A stretch of DNA of 64,000 bases from a virus: IMG/VR virus record IMGVR_UViG_3300021478_000015, positions 32,001 through 96,000 of that record. One strand, given 5' to 3'. Shown one piece after another: positions 54,457-64,000 of the stretch (within the stretch, counting starts at the first letter, position 1; every line of letters begins with the position of its first letter). The notes beneath the pieces were generated by a model that ran no database searches, was not told the DNA's origin, and saw only the letters and a list, made by a program, of their open reading frames with translations. A program made the translations under genes and the position numbers.

Positions 54457-54999
54457 TCAGTGCAGGTCGATGAAGCCCACCGCCACCGCGTTGTCGGTCT
54501 CGAAGGCCGAGAACTGGGCATTGAAGTTGCAGTTGCCGTTCAGTAGTCGAGGCTGGAAGCCGTTGACGTTGACGGTGACCACGAAGCCGCCCGTGGCGTG
54601 ACGGTAGAACCCGGTGCCGCCCACCACGCGGGCGGTGATGCCGGTGATGCGAGCGGTGAAGCCGCAGGTGAAGATGTTCTCGCGGCCGGGGAAGAAGTTG
54701 CCCCCGGTGGTGAGCACGGTGATGGAGCCGACCGGATCGATCAGGAGCACCCGACCGCTGTTGACCGGGTCAGTCTTGAGCGACGGAATGCCGGTGATGT
54801 TGCCCCGGTTGGTGGAGATGGGGCCACGGCCGGTCCAGGGGCCGACGCCGAAGCCGGAGCCGACCTCGTACTGGGTGGAGTGGATGACCTCGGGGCCGCG
54901 GGTGGGTATGGCGTTGGCCGAGGCCACCAGGCCTCCGGTGACCGAGCCGACCAGGGCCAGTGCGGATAGGGCGAGCAGCCCTCGTTTCCAGATGTGCAT
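54457..54999 (-). CDS. Secreted beta-rich protein
   Basis: Signal peptide MHIWKRGLLALSALALVG..ASANA; V.GGTG.Y..ATG motif; two Cys. Confidence 0.7.
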   Translation of the reverse strand: MHIWKRGLLALSALALVGSVTGGLVASANAIPTRGPEVIHSTQYEVGSGFGVGPWTGRGPISTNRGNITGIPSLKTDPVNSGRVLLIDPVGSITVLTTGGNFFPGRENIFTCGFTARITGITARVVGGTGFYRHATGGFVVTVNVNGFQPRLLNGNCNFNAQFSAFETDNAVAVGFIDLH

Positions 55000-55090
55000 T
55001 CGGTACCCCTTGCTGCTGAGACGCTGGGCGGATTGTCCGAGCGCACCAGCGACCGTACTGGGAGGACCTTGACCGGTCAATAGTCGGGGT

Positions 55091-55122
55091 GACTGGACTC
55101 CTCTAAGCTAGTCTGCTAATGT
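55091..55122 (+). promoter_or_regulatory. Repeated phage promoter, copy 12
   Basis: GAC TGGACT cctctaagctagtctgc TAATGT gcttggcg ATG. Confidence 0.85.
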
Positions 55123-55130
55123 GCTTGGCG

Positions 55131-55502
55131 ATGACCACCACCCAGTTCCCATCGCTTGTGGTCCTGCGCTCGGGTCGCATCGCTTACGTCGATGCCGATC
55201 GCAAGGCCACCCTAGAGACCTGCCCCTGGCTCGTCCGGGTGCCCTCCAATCATCCCGAGCCCGACTCCGAGGCCGATTGCTGGCTCGAAGTCGCCTGCGG
55301 CGCTCCCCTGTTCGCCATCGACGGTGACATCGAGGCCGGTTGGCATTGCGCCCACGGCCACCGTCACCTGACCTACGGCTCGCCTGCTCAGATCGCGGAA
55401 GAGCGCCTCGAAGCCGAGGTCGAGCTTGCCGCCTCCCACGATCCTCGTATCGCCGCCCGGCTGGACGCGGGCGAGTCCTGGCAGTCGGTGATGTACTCAT
55501 GA
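55131..55502 (+). CDS. Hypothetical protein, leaderless
   Basis: Starts MTTTQ; CGA...W.C..GH.H. Confidence 0.65.
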   Translation: MTTTQFPSLVVLRSGRIAYVDADRKATLETCPWLVRVPSNHPEPDSEADCWLEVACGAPLFAIDGDIEAGWHCAHGHRHLTYGSPAQIAEERLEAEVELAASHDPRIAARLDAGESWQSVMYS

Positions 55503-57343
55503 TCATCCTGGCCACCGGCTTCGTCCGCGACGAGGGCACCCTGGTGCTCTTGTCCGGGCTGACCGAGTACAACCGCCCGGTGATCTTCGCCGTCGAGCAC
55601 CGCTACGCCGGAGACATCCTGGCCGCCGTCGAGGCCGGTGAGGAGCCCGAGTGCGAGGTGCCCCACTACCTGATCGTGAGTAGCTCATGACCGCCGAGGA
55701 GATGCTGGCCGCCATGCTGGCCACCCTGGAGGCCTGGCGGGACTCGCTGCCGACCGGCCATCAGGAGAAGCCCGGAGCCATCCGCTCCGTCGAGGTCCTG
55801 CGGGCCTACGGCACCAAGGCGCTGCGGTCATGACCCACTCCCTGTCCCTGGCCATCGCCATCGTGCTGGGTGGTATCGGGGCCTTTGTGGCCCTGTGGTA
55901 CCTGATCGGCATGGGCATCGGCATCGCTCAGCGCGGCTACAACCGCATCGCCCCCTACCGCATCACCACCAAGGTGGTCGAGCCCCCGCCCCTCTCGGGC
56001 ATGCGTCGGCCGCCCTACACCTGGGAGAACTGGGAGTCGAGACGATGAGCAATGATGACCCCACCACCAATGTGCTCCTGGCCGACCTGCTCAATCGGGT
56101 CGAGGCCCTCGAAGAGTGGTCCAAGACGGTGCATGATCTGCTGGAGTCGGTCGGCAAGATCCATCAGGAGATGCTGGGCCTGGCCATCGAGTTGGCCGAG
56201 GCCGTCACCAAGCTGCAGGCCAAGCCGTCATGAACACCTTCTGGGCCGCATTCGTGGGTGGTCTGTCAGGAGCTATGACCACCCAGTTGTTCAACTGGCT
56301 ACGCCAGCGTGATGCCCGGCGTAAGGCCCGGCAGAGATGGATGGAGCGATGAGCCGCGAAGACCAGCGCCGGGAGGATCAGGAAGAGGCCATCGACACCG
56401 CTTGTCGCCGGGTCATCGATGTGACCGGCCTGGTCAAAGCGACCGATGATGTACTGGAGTTCCTCCGAGAGATGGCCGAGAAGTATGACCATGCCTGATG
56501 TCCCCTACAACCGCCGGGCTGAGGCCGGGGCCAAAGCCGCTCGCATGCTGGGCGTCGATGTGTCCTGGCTACCGCACATCGTGCAGGTCTTGTACCGGGA
56601 CTATCCCAACGAGCTTGACACCGCCATTGGCACGGCCGTAACCGAGCATCTCGAAGATCGGAATAACGATCCCGAGCGTCACCCTTATACTGGAGATGGC
56701 ACCAGCAGTTGTGTCTTCTGTAACTATCCCATGAATGCCCACCTAGAAGGAACAGGACTATGACCACCACACCGAACACCGATGACATCCGCCGGGACAT
56801 GATCGAGACCGGCCAGACCAGGGAGGACCTGATGGCCAACATCGGCCCCACCTGGGACACCACGGCCATGCAGAAGGAGTTTGAGCCCCTCGGCTTCGCC
56901 GCCCCCTTCATCGTGGTCCGTCGCCGCTCAGACGGGGCCAAGGGATCCCTGGAGTTCACCCACTCGCCCAGGGTGTACTTCAACTGGGTGGCGGACTGAT
57001 GGCCACCACACCTCGCACCAGCTTCGGCTGGGAGACCGACAGTGCCTTCGGACCCCGCGCCATCATCGCCACCCCGGAGCGCTCCATGGCAGGCAACATC
57101 GTGTTGCGGGCTGGACCGGCCTACGAGGATGGTGGCTGGTCGCAATCCCTCCACATCGTCCTCACCCCCACCGAGGCGGCTGAGCTTGTGGCCGCCATCC
57201 AGGCCCAGATCGGAGATGACACCTCGGCTCGTTGGCAACAGCTTGCCCGGCGCATCCTCAAGGCCAACGACGATCCCGAAGAGGCCGCCAAGCTGCACGC
57301 CGACACCATGGCGGCCATCCTGAGTGAGGTCCCGGAGACGTGA
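55499..57343 (+). other. Run of small translationally coupled hypothetical ORFs (e.g. 55499..55690, 55830..56048, 56045..56233, 56760..56999, 56999..57343)
   Basis: ATGA/TGATG overlaps and GC3 bias; no recognisable domains. Confidence 0.6.
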
Positions 57344-57512
57344 GCGTCTACGAGCCCCACTTCTGGGGCGACCTGTGGTACGAGGTGTTCCCCGAGGACC
57401 GGCCGGAGTCAGAGCCCGGCGGATTGGGCCACGTTGAGCAGCCACCACATGGTGAAGCCGAGCACGATGGCCTCGATCAGCAGGCAGACGAGTAGGACCC
57501 GGCCGGGGTGTC

Positions 57513-58283
57513 TCAGGTCACCGGGGCGGTGAACACCGAGTTCCAGGTCTGGGGACCTACCAGGCCGTCCGCGGTGAGATGCTTCTCGCGTTGGTACTGA
57601 ACGGTGACCTGCTCACTCTGCGGCCCGAATATGCCATCGACACCAATGGCCCAGCCCCGGTTTTTCATCTGCTGCTGGTACGTCCGCACATCGGGCACCG
57701 TCGAGTTGTGGGTGCGGCCAAAGTAGTCCACATGCAGCGGCGGCACCCCCGCTGGAGGCTTGGGGGCCGGGGTGGGAGGCTTGGGATCAGGAGCAGGGGC
57801 GCTGCCCTGAGCGGCGGTCAGGATGGCTTGGCGGCGGTTCTTGCGGAGATCACCAGGGCAACCGGTGTGACCACCCCAGGCCGCCCCGCCCATCCCATGC
57901 CATCCGAAGCCGCGAACACCGGGGCTCTCAGCCAGGCTGTAGGGCCAGCCGTAGACATCGTGGCCCCACTTGTACAGCCGGGCCAGGGTGGCCTCAGCGG
58001 CGGCGGTGAGGGGCTCGGTGGTGTAGCCCTCACTCTCGATGGAGTTGTAGGTGCTGTTGCCCTGGGCTTGTGCCCAGGCCGACACGTTGGCGTCCACGTA
58101 CTGCTCCAGCACGCCGGTCTTGGACACCCACCACGTCGAGGAGGCCCCGGCCCCAGGATTGTTGAACCATCCGGCCAGCGAGTTGTTGCCCTGCTGGACG
58201 TGCAGCACCAGGCCCAGGTGGCTGGCCATGACCCCGCCATGGCCGGACACCGGCTTCCATACTGCGAACGGGCAGACGGTCAT
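57513..58283 (-). CDS. Endolysin: N-acetylmuramoyl-L-alanine amidase plus peptidoglycan-binding domain
   Basis: VLH, ASS...V...G..EQYVD....WAQ..GN, SIE.EG, H..CPG; Pro linker; VDGIFGP, ADGLVGPQTW. Confidence 0.9.
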   Translation of the reverse strand: MTVCPFAVWKPVSGHGGVMASHLGLVLHVQQGNNSLAGWFNNPGAGASSTWWVSKTGVLEQYVDANVSAWAQAQGNSTYNSIESEGYTTEPLTAAAEATLARLYKWGHDVYGWPYSLAESPGVRGFGWHGMGGAAWGGHTGCPGDLRKNRRQAILTAAQGSAPAPDPKPPTPAPKPPAGVPPLHVDYFGRTHNSTVPDVRTYQQQMKNRGWAIGVDGIFGPQSEQVTVQYQREKHLTADGLVGPQTWNSVFTAPVT

Positions 58284-58456
58284 GCCTGGTCCTCCTCGGG
58301 GATGGGCTGCTCGGGTACGTCGGGCTCATCGGGATGCTCCCCCGAGAACTCGGTGCCGCCCTTGTCATCTACCGGCTCGACATTGCTCATGGCACTCCTT
58401 CCAGCTAGGAAGCTCACCTGTCAGGAGCCTACTCACCTGGGCACGTACCCTTGACC

Positions 58457-61400
58457 ATGACCGATGAGGTGCGGCGCAAGCCGCTGGATATCGCTTTAGC
58501 CGAAGAGGCGGCCTGGCGTCAAGGCCTGCTGGTAGTGGGCAACATCAAGAAGGCGTATTTGCGAGAGCGCAAGCATCTGCTTGATGTAGGATTCCCAGCC
58601 GGACACGCCCTGTGTGAGGACTTCGACAAGGGGGCCGAGAAGTGGGCCGCTATCGAGACCAACATGCGACGGGACTACCATAAGCACATCGAGGAGAATC
58701 AGATCCGGATATGAGCGAGGAGGAGCCCGAGGAGATGACGTACTTCCTCGGCTGTACCTGTGACCATGACCCGGAGGAGCACGGCTGGGGTCATTGTGAG
58801 GTGGATGGATGTCCTTGCGAGGGAGGGTGGGAGGAATGAGCGCGGCCTATCACATCCGCTGGACCGACGACGAAGGCGAGCATCGCGAGGTGCGCTGGAA
58901 TCAGGGGGATGCCATTACCCTGTTCGTCCTGGTCATCGCCAAGGGCGAAGCGGAAGATGTCGAACTGGTGTTCTCGTCATGAGCACCTGGGATGAGGTCA
59001 TCGGCCTGGTCAACGCCCAGGCCATGGACGAGGGCTTGTGGTTTCGGGCTGAGACCGTGGCGGAGGCCTACCTGCAGCGAGAGCTACGCCGCCTGCACGC
59101 CGCCGTTGAGGGCCTCTTAGAGGACCGTCGTCACATCGTTCAGTTTGAGGAGGACGACTGGATGATCGCCCATCCCCTGGCCGAGCGCCTGGAGGGATCC
59201 TTGCTCGACTGCCCTATGCGCTGGGATGAGCCCGACCCAGGCTTACGAGGCCGGTACTGGCTGCACGATGACGGCACCCTGGGCGAGGAGATCCCATGAG
59301 CTACGGCTGCCGGGACTTGGACGACGGCCGTCACCTGTGCGTAGTCGATCTCACCTATGGGCGCGCCCGGCTGCTGATCTCCTCCAACGCCTGTCACCTC
59401 ACCTATGACGACGCCTACTGATATGACCTCCCTGTGGTTGCGGTCGCAACCATGCATCAATGGGATGGCCAAGGTGAGCCCACTGGCTGGATGCGAAACC
59501 CCATGACCGGACGACGACGGCCGGACGGGGATCCGGAGCGGGAGTACGTGGACCCATGAGCGCAGCATCATCGACCACGGGGCGTGGATCGCTGGTTGTA
59601 GAGCTACCTGAACCGGTGCAGGTGGCTGACGGTAGATGGCTGGTGGCCGTATGGATCAATGCCCGGCGTCCCGACATCACCGCGGCGAGAGCGGTCCCGA
59701 TGTACGTTCCGAATCGAGATCAGTGGGTGCCCTCTATCGACAGATCCGAGGCATCATGAGCGTGTTGCGACCGACTGCCTCCGAGCGCAAGCACCGAGCC
59801 TTCATCCCCCGAGGTGGTGACCGATCGACGTGGACCAGCCTGGACTACGCCTATGAGATCACCGATGCCACCGACACTGGGCACCTGGGCTGGGCCGAGT
59901 TGCTCATGATGGAGTTCCGCCGCAAGTTCCTGGCCAAGCCATGAGCGACGAGGACCAGGACCTGCTGCGCTACGGCCCCTGCGAGCACTGTGGCGGCCCG
60001 AGGACGGTCAAGGTCACCGAGCACCCAGACGGCATCAGTCTGGTCTACGAGCTTGGATGCCCGACTTGCGACCAAGAGGGCCAGGAGCGCCGTAAGGCCA
60101 GCGACCTCGAACCCTGGGAACGCTACGCCGGGGAGCGCTTCGGGCTACCGGATCCCTGGGCATGATCCACGTCGAGGGGAAGGTGGTCATCCGCTACGAG
60201 GTGTGGTGTGACCAGTGCAGTTGGACCGGTGAGTATGCTGATTCGAGAGAAGCTCATGATCGTGGCAACGACCATGAGAAGCATCATCGACAGGCCCGTG
60301 CTGCCCGAGGTGAGAAGTGATTTTGGCTCCGCATCACATCTTCGGTCCGGCCAGGGAGGGCCACATCACCTGCCTGGCCTGCCATCACACCTACACCGTG
60401 GAGACGGCCTGGCAGGCCCTGGTCGATCCCTGCATCGACGGTGTACCCACCGGCATCACCGAGATCGAGGCCCTGGAGCGTTACCGGGCGGCGCTCAACG
60501 ACACGCAAGGGAGTGTTGTGAGCAAGGACGAGCTACGGGAGCAGATGGCCATGCTGGTGGCCGGGCGTATGGCCCTGCACTGGCCCCTGCAGTGCCCCAT
60601 GTGCCCCGATCGATCGGCCATGGCCATCGACATCGTGGACTCTCTGCTGGCCAGCCGCGACCTGATCATCACCGGCATCGAGAGCCCTCATGACTGACGC
60701 CGATCCAGTCGAACTACCCGACGCCAGGATCAAGTTCTGGGACTGCCCGGAGGATCACCCCAGAGAGCCCCAGAGGGTCCGTATCGTCTGGGACGGGGAT
60801 CTGGCCACCTGCCTGGACTGCGGGCGCACCAACCGTGACTGAGGACTCCTGGGCCAAGTGGCTGGCCCACATCGCCACCTGTGACGCCGCCCACTGCCAG
60901 AACGCCAACGCCCTGCGGCTGGTGCTGGTGGGAGCCGGGCTCGACCCCCGCACCTTCAAGATCGAATCCAAGACGGACGGCACTCATGTGATCAAGACCT
61001 GGGCGGACAGCCATGACCTCTGAGCAGATCGTTGACGCCATCATCTCCGACCTGGCCGGTCGCAGTGCGATCGGCAAGGCCTGGGAGCAGATCGATGCTG
61101 ACATCCAGGCTGAGATCCGCGCTATCTGGCTCGGTTATATCGAGGACAAGAGCGAGGTCTTCTTTGGCTCGCAGGGAGATGACCCCCATGGCATCGACCC
61201 GCCATGAGTAGCGCCCCCTGCTCGACCTGCCCTTGGCGCAAGTCCTCGACCCTGGGTGGCTACGACATACCGGGCTTCGGCCTGGATCTCATGAGAGGCC
61301 TCTCCTGCACCGTCTCCGCCCGTGGGATCCGCACCGATGAGTTCCGGCCCACTATGGCCTGCCACGGCTCCTCAGAGGACCACAACCAGATCTGCCGGGG

Positions 61401-62492
61401 CTACGCCTATGTCGAGGGCTGGTCCAACCTCAGCTTCCGGCTGATGGCCATGCGGGGAGAGATCGTCCTGGACGAGCTTGACCGGGCCTGCGGGGGGCTC
61501 GACCTGTGGGACAACTTCTGGGAGATGCTAGACGCCTACGAGGAAGTGAGGAGGAATGATAACTCCACAGGATTTTCATCTTCAAGATCTGTTGGTCCTG
61601 TCTGTTGATGATTTTGGTGATTTAGCCATCCATCACCTGGATGCACTTAGAGAGCTTTTCCCATTAGATGTAGATGTGGCAGAGCCTCAGGAGTTCATAA
61701 TAAAGGCGGAGGACTTTGACATTGATAAGATTGATATCATCTTTCTAAAGTCTTTTCGTGAGTACATGCAATCTGGTTCTGATCCACAGGCCAAAGCCAT
61801 TATTGAGCACCTTCTCAAGTGTGTAGCTAATGTTCACGAAACAAGTTCGGGTGGTAGTTTTGATTACAGGCTCAATGACTGACGCCACCATCATCGAGCG
61901 CATCAAGGAACTGGGCATTGATGCCACCCGGCTGAAGGCTTGTATGGACTCAAAGGATCATTGGGGCGACATGATCCACGCCTTCGAATACCTCACGGTA
62001 TGTGGGGTGGTTTGTGATGCCATGCTGGCTGCCGAAGCAGAAAGGAAGTGAACAGGACATGAATCTGATCATCGATCATCAATGGAAGGTCATTGGTAAG
62101 CCATGGCTACATCGTAAGGAGAGGAATGGAGTCATCCATTATTCGGCTCTTGATCTCTTTACTGGACGTAGGACCAGGCGTATTCAAAGGCCAGGGTACG
62201 AGAACTATGATCGGCTCCTGGAGTTGATGGGATGACCTATCAGACGCATCCGGCTGAACGCCGGGATGACAGCGGCAACATCATCCCCATGGATCACCGC
62301 TATCTCCACCTGGCGGAGGCCCGTGGCAAGGCCCATCGTCTCAGCCCTGAGCAGCTAGCCGTGGAGCTTGACACGATGGGCGATGCCATCGAGGCCAACG
62401 TCATCCTGACCCGCAAGTGGCACCAGGCCATAGTCGAGGAAGCCGCCCAGCGCCTGCGGGGCGTGGACGGCTCCCTCAAAGGTCAGGCTTAG
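58457..62492 (+). other. Array of about 15 small, mostly coupled hypothetical ORFs, several Cys-rich
   Basis: ATGA overlaps (e.g. 59756..59944, 59941..60165, 60317..60697, 61013..61207, 62232..62492). Confidence 0.6.
61204..61608 (+). CDS. DUF6283-like Cys-rich protein
   Basis: PCSTCPWRK...MACH......CRG...N...RL. Confidence 0.6.
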   Translation: MSSAPCSTCPWRKSSTLGGYDIPGFGLDLMRGLSCTVSARGIRTDEFRPTMACHGSSEDHNQICRGYAYVEGWSNLSFRLMAMRGEIVLDELDRACGGLDLWDNFWEMLDAYEEVRRNDNSTGFSSSRSVGPVC

Positions 62493-62803
62493 GGAGCGGG
62501 TGGCGTCTCTGGGGTGGTCAGCCCCTGGACGCTGTCGGTGGCGTTGGTGAGATCAGCGATGGCCTGATCGAGTTCACTCCAGTCCATGTCGGGGTTTTGG
62601 GCCTTGGCCGCGTCCATGGCGGTCTTGACGGCCGCGACGGCTGTGTTCAGGTCCACGATCTCGGCCTGGATCGCGGACACTCGCCTATCGAGGTTCTCCT
62701 GGTTGGACATGAGCCTTGCCACCTGCCTTTCTAGTAAGCGAACTCTCTCCCATATATTCCACCGCTCCCACCGTGTCCACATCCACGCCCACACCGTGGT
62801 CAC
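62489..62803 (-). CDS. Coiled-coil protein
   Basis: Heptad-like LERQVARLMSNQENLD...ELDQAIADL. Confidence 0.6.
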   Translation of the reverse strand: MTTVWAWMWTRWERWNIWERVRLLERQVARLMSNQENLDRRVSAIQAEIVDLNTAVAAVKTAMDAAKAQNPDMDWSELDQAIADLTNATDSVQGLTTPETPPAP

Positions 62804-63154
62804 CTTAGGCGCGGCGGCGAGAAGTTCCCGGCTTCCAGCCTCGGGCGGAGAGATTGAGGACTAGATGGGTGCCGGGTTGCCCCTCGCCGCCAAATCAATC
62901 TTGACACTCCGGACACCAAGCCTCCTTCCTCCGTATGGGAGGAGATGTGAAGGCCAAGTTGGTAACCCGCGCCGAGCTAGCCGCCCTGGTGGGGCCAGGC
63001 CATGCCACCGGGGTGGTCCGCAACGGTTGCTCGCCGGAGGACTGGCGAGTGTGGACCAAGCACGTCGAAGAGCAGGGTCAGCCCACCCAGCCGAACCGGG
63101 CCGGGCGGCGGGCGACCAAGCGCCTCAAGCAGAAGGCCTTGACCAAGAAGCGCA

Positions 63155-64000
63155 TTAGGAGCGCTTGAACCGGCGGGTCAGCAGCACGATCACCCCACCG
63201 GCCATGACCAGCAGCAGGCCCGAGCCCAGGCCCAGGCGGGTGTTGGAGCCGGTGAACGGCAGGGTGCCAGAAGCTGACGCCGGGGTGACCAGAGCGGGAA
63301 CAGCGGTCTCCGGGGTGATGGTCTGGACCGCAGGGGTGCCGGGGCCGCCAGGAGTGGTCTGACCCGGCGGGAGCGTGGTGCCCGAAGGGGCAACGGTGGT
63401 GCCCGTGGGGGCAATCGTGGTCGTTGCACTGGGCAGCGTTGTGCCGGTTGGTGCAGTGGTGGTGGCTCCCGGAGCCGTGGTGGTGGTCACCGCGAACTGG
63501 GTGGTGAAGTTGATCACGCACAGGGCGTCCTCACCCTGATCCAGAGTGGTGGAGGCCGGGGTGAAAGAAGCGCTGCCGACACAGGACCAGCCCGAGTTGG
63601 TGTACCCCTCCGACTGGGCCAGAGGAGACAAGGTGTCGAAGAGCCCATAGGTGCCGGGTGGCACCACCGCGAAGGTCACACCAGGGCTATCGGTGATGCC
63701 CGAGAGGCTGACCGGCCCAGAGGCATCCAGAGTGAAGTCAGCCAGGGTGGCCGTACCGCCGTTCACCGTCGCCGCCAGGGTCAGGATGGTCAGGTTGGGC
63801 TGCTCGGTGGTGGTCGTTTCACCAGGCTGCGTGGTAGTGGTCTCGGCCGGTTGGGTGGTGGTCGTTTGCTCCGGCTGAGTAGTGGTGGTCTCCATGGGTT
63901 GCGTAGTGGTGGTCTGTTCCGGCTGAGTAGTAGTGGTTTGCTCTGGTTGGGTGGTGGTCGTTTCGTGTGGCTGAGTGGTGGTGGTCATCTCAGGCTTGGT
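63155..64000 (-). CDS. Thr-rich LPxTG-anchored surface protein (5' truncated)
   Basis: Frame open to window end; TTTTQP repeats, SpaA/prealbumin-like domain, LPFTG + TM + RRFKRS. Confidence 0.8.
   Translation of the reverse strand, partial: TKPEMTTTTQPHETTTTQPEQTTTTQPEQTTTTQPMETTTTQPEQTTTTQPAETTTTQPGETTTTEQPNLTILTLAATVNGGTATLADFTLDASGPVSLSGITDSPGVTFAVVPPGTYGLFDTLSPLAQSEGYTNSGWSCVGSASFTPASTTLDQGEDALCVINFTTQFAVTTTTAPGATTTAPTGTTLPSATTTIAPTGTTVAPSGTTLPPGQTTPGGPGTPAVQTITPETAVPALVTPASASGTLPFTGSNTRLGLGSGLLLVMAGGVIVLLTRRFKRS
63800..63988 (-). repeat. Eight tandem ~24-bp units encoding xTTTTQPx
   Basis: MTTTTQPH ETTTTQPE QTTTTQPE QTTTTQPM ETTTTQPE QTTTTQPA ETTTTQPG ETTTTEQP. Confidence 0.85.

Noticed and set aside
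9666-55122. Repeated motif as CRISPR repeats, att sites or stoperators
   Set aside because: Copies are dispersed, degenerate, oriented with transcription and have exact -35/-10 geometry; no cas, integrase or repressor gene recognised
5298-57448. Long antisense ORFs (e.g. 5298..6296, 8727..9704, 10110..10916, 34983..35987, 36003..37097, 45924..46985, 56378..57448)
   Set aside because: Shadow frames of high-GC3 genes on the opposite strand with no recognisable motifs
1-64000. tRNA genes
   Set aside because: No cloverleaf with a GTTCRA T-loop and acceptor stem found by eye in the intergenic gaps

Overview
GC-rich segment of a large lytic-type phage of Actinomycetota. The terminase, portal and head-region proteins recall, from memory, the large Bxz1/E3-like myoviruses. 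Left to right: partial terminase large subunit; nucleotide-metabolism and modification genes (dCTP deaminase, class II ribonucleotide reductase, MTase-like protein); a minus-strand early/accessory block (Toprim protein, ArdC-like protein, HNH-helicase cassette); WhiB, an Arr-like ADP-ribosyltransferase and a nucleotidyltransferase; a head module with portal and three >1000-aa modular proteins; three tandem tail-fibre-like paralogues; and a long plus-strand array of small ORFs with an amidase endolysin and a partial LPxTG surface protein. I found no tRNA, CRISPR array, integrase or transposase. Most notable unexplained structure: (1) a 12-copy promoter motif (GAC-TTGnnn-17 nt with CTCTA-TGc-TAAnGT) driving leaderless Thr-rich starts, three copies via 8-9-codon mini-ORFs coupled to the real gene; (2) one copy that instead drives a ~415-nt highly structured non-coding RNA (10948-11362, minus) with its own terminator; (3) apparent capsid-cargo effectors: an ART and an NTase sharing an N-terminal HLRQAW tag, and polyprotein-like head proteins carrying 2H-phosphoesterase, glycosylase-like and SWIM modules separated by recurring short motifs; (4) an AT-rich HNH-helicase cassette with two conserved-variable-conserved paralogues. 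All family assignments are from motif recognition by eye; no searches were run.
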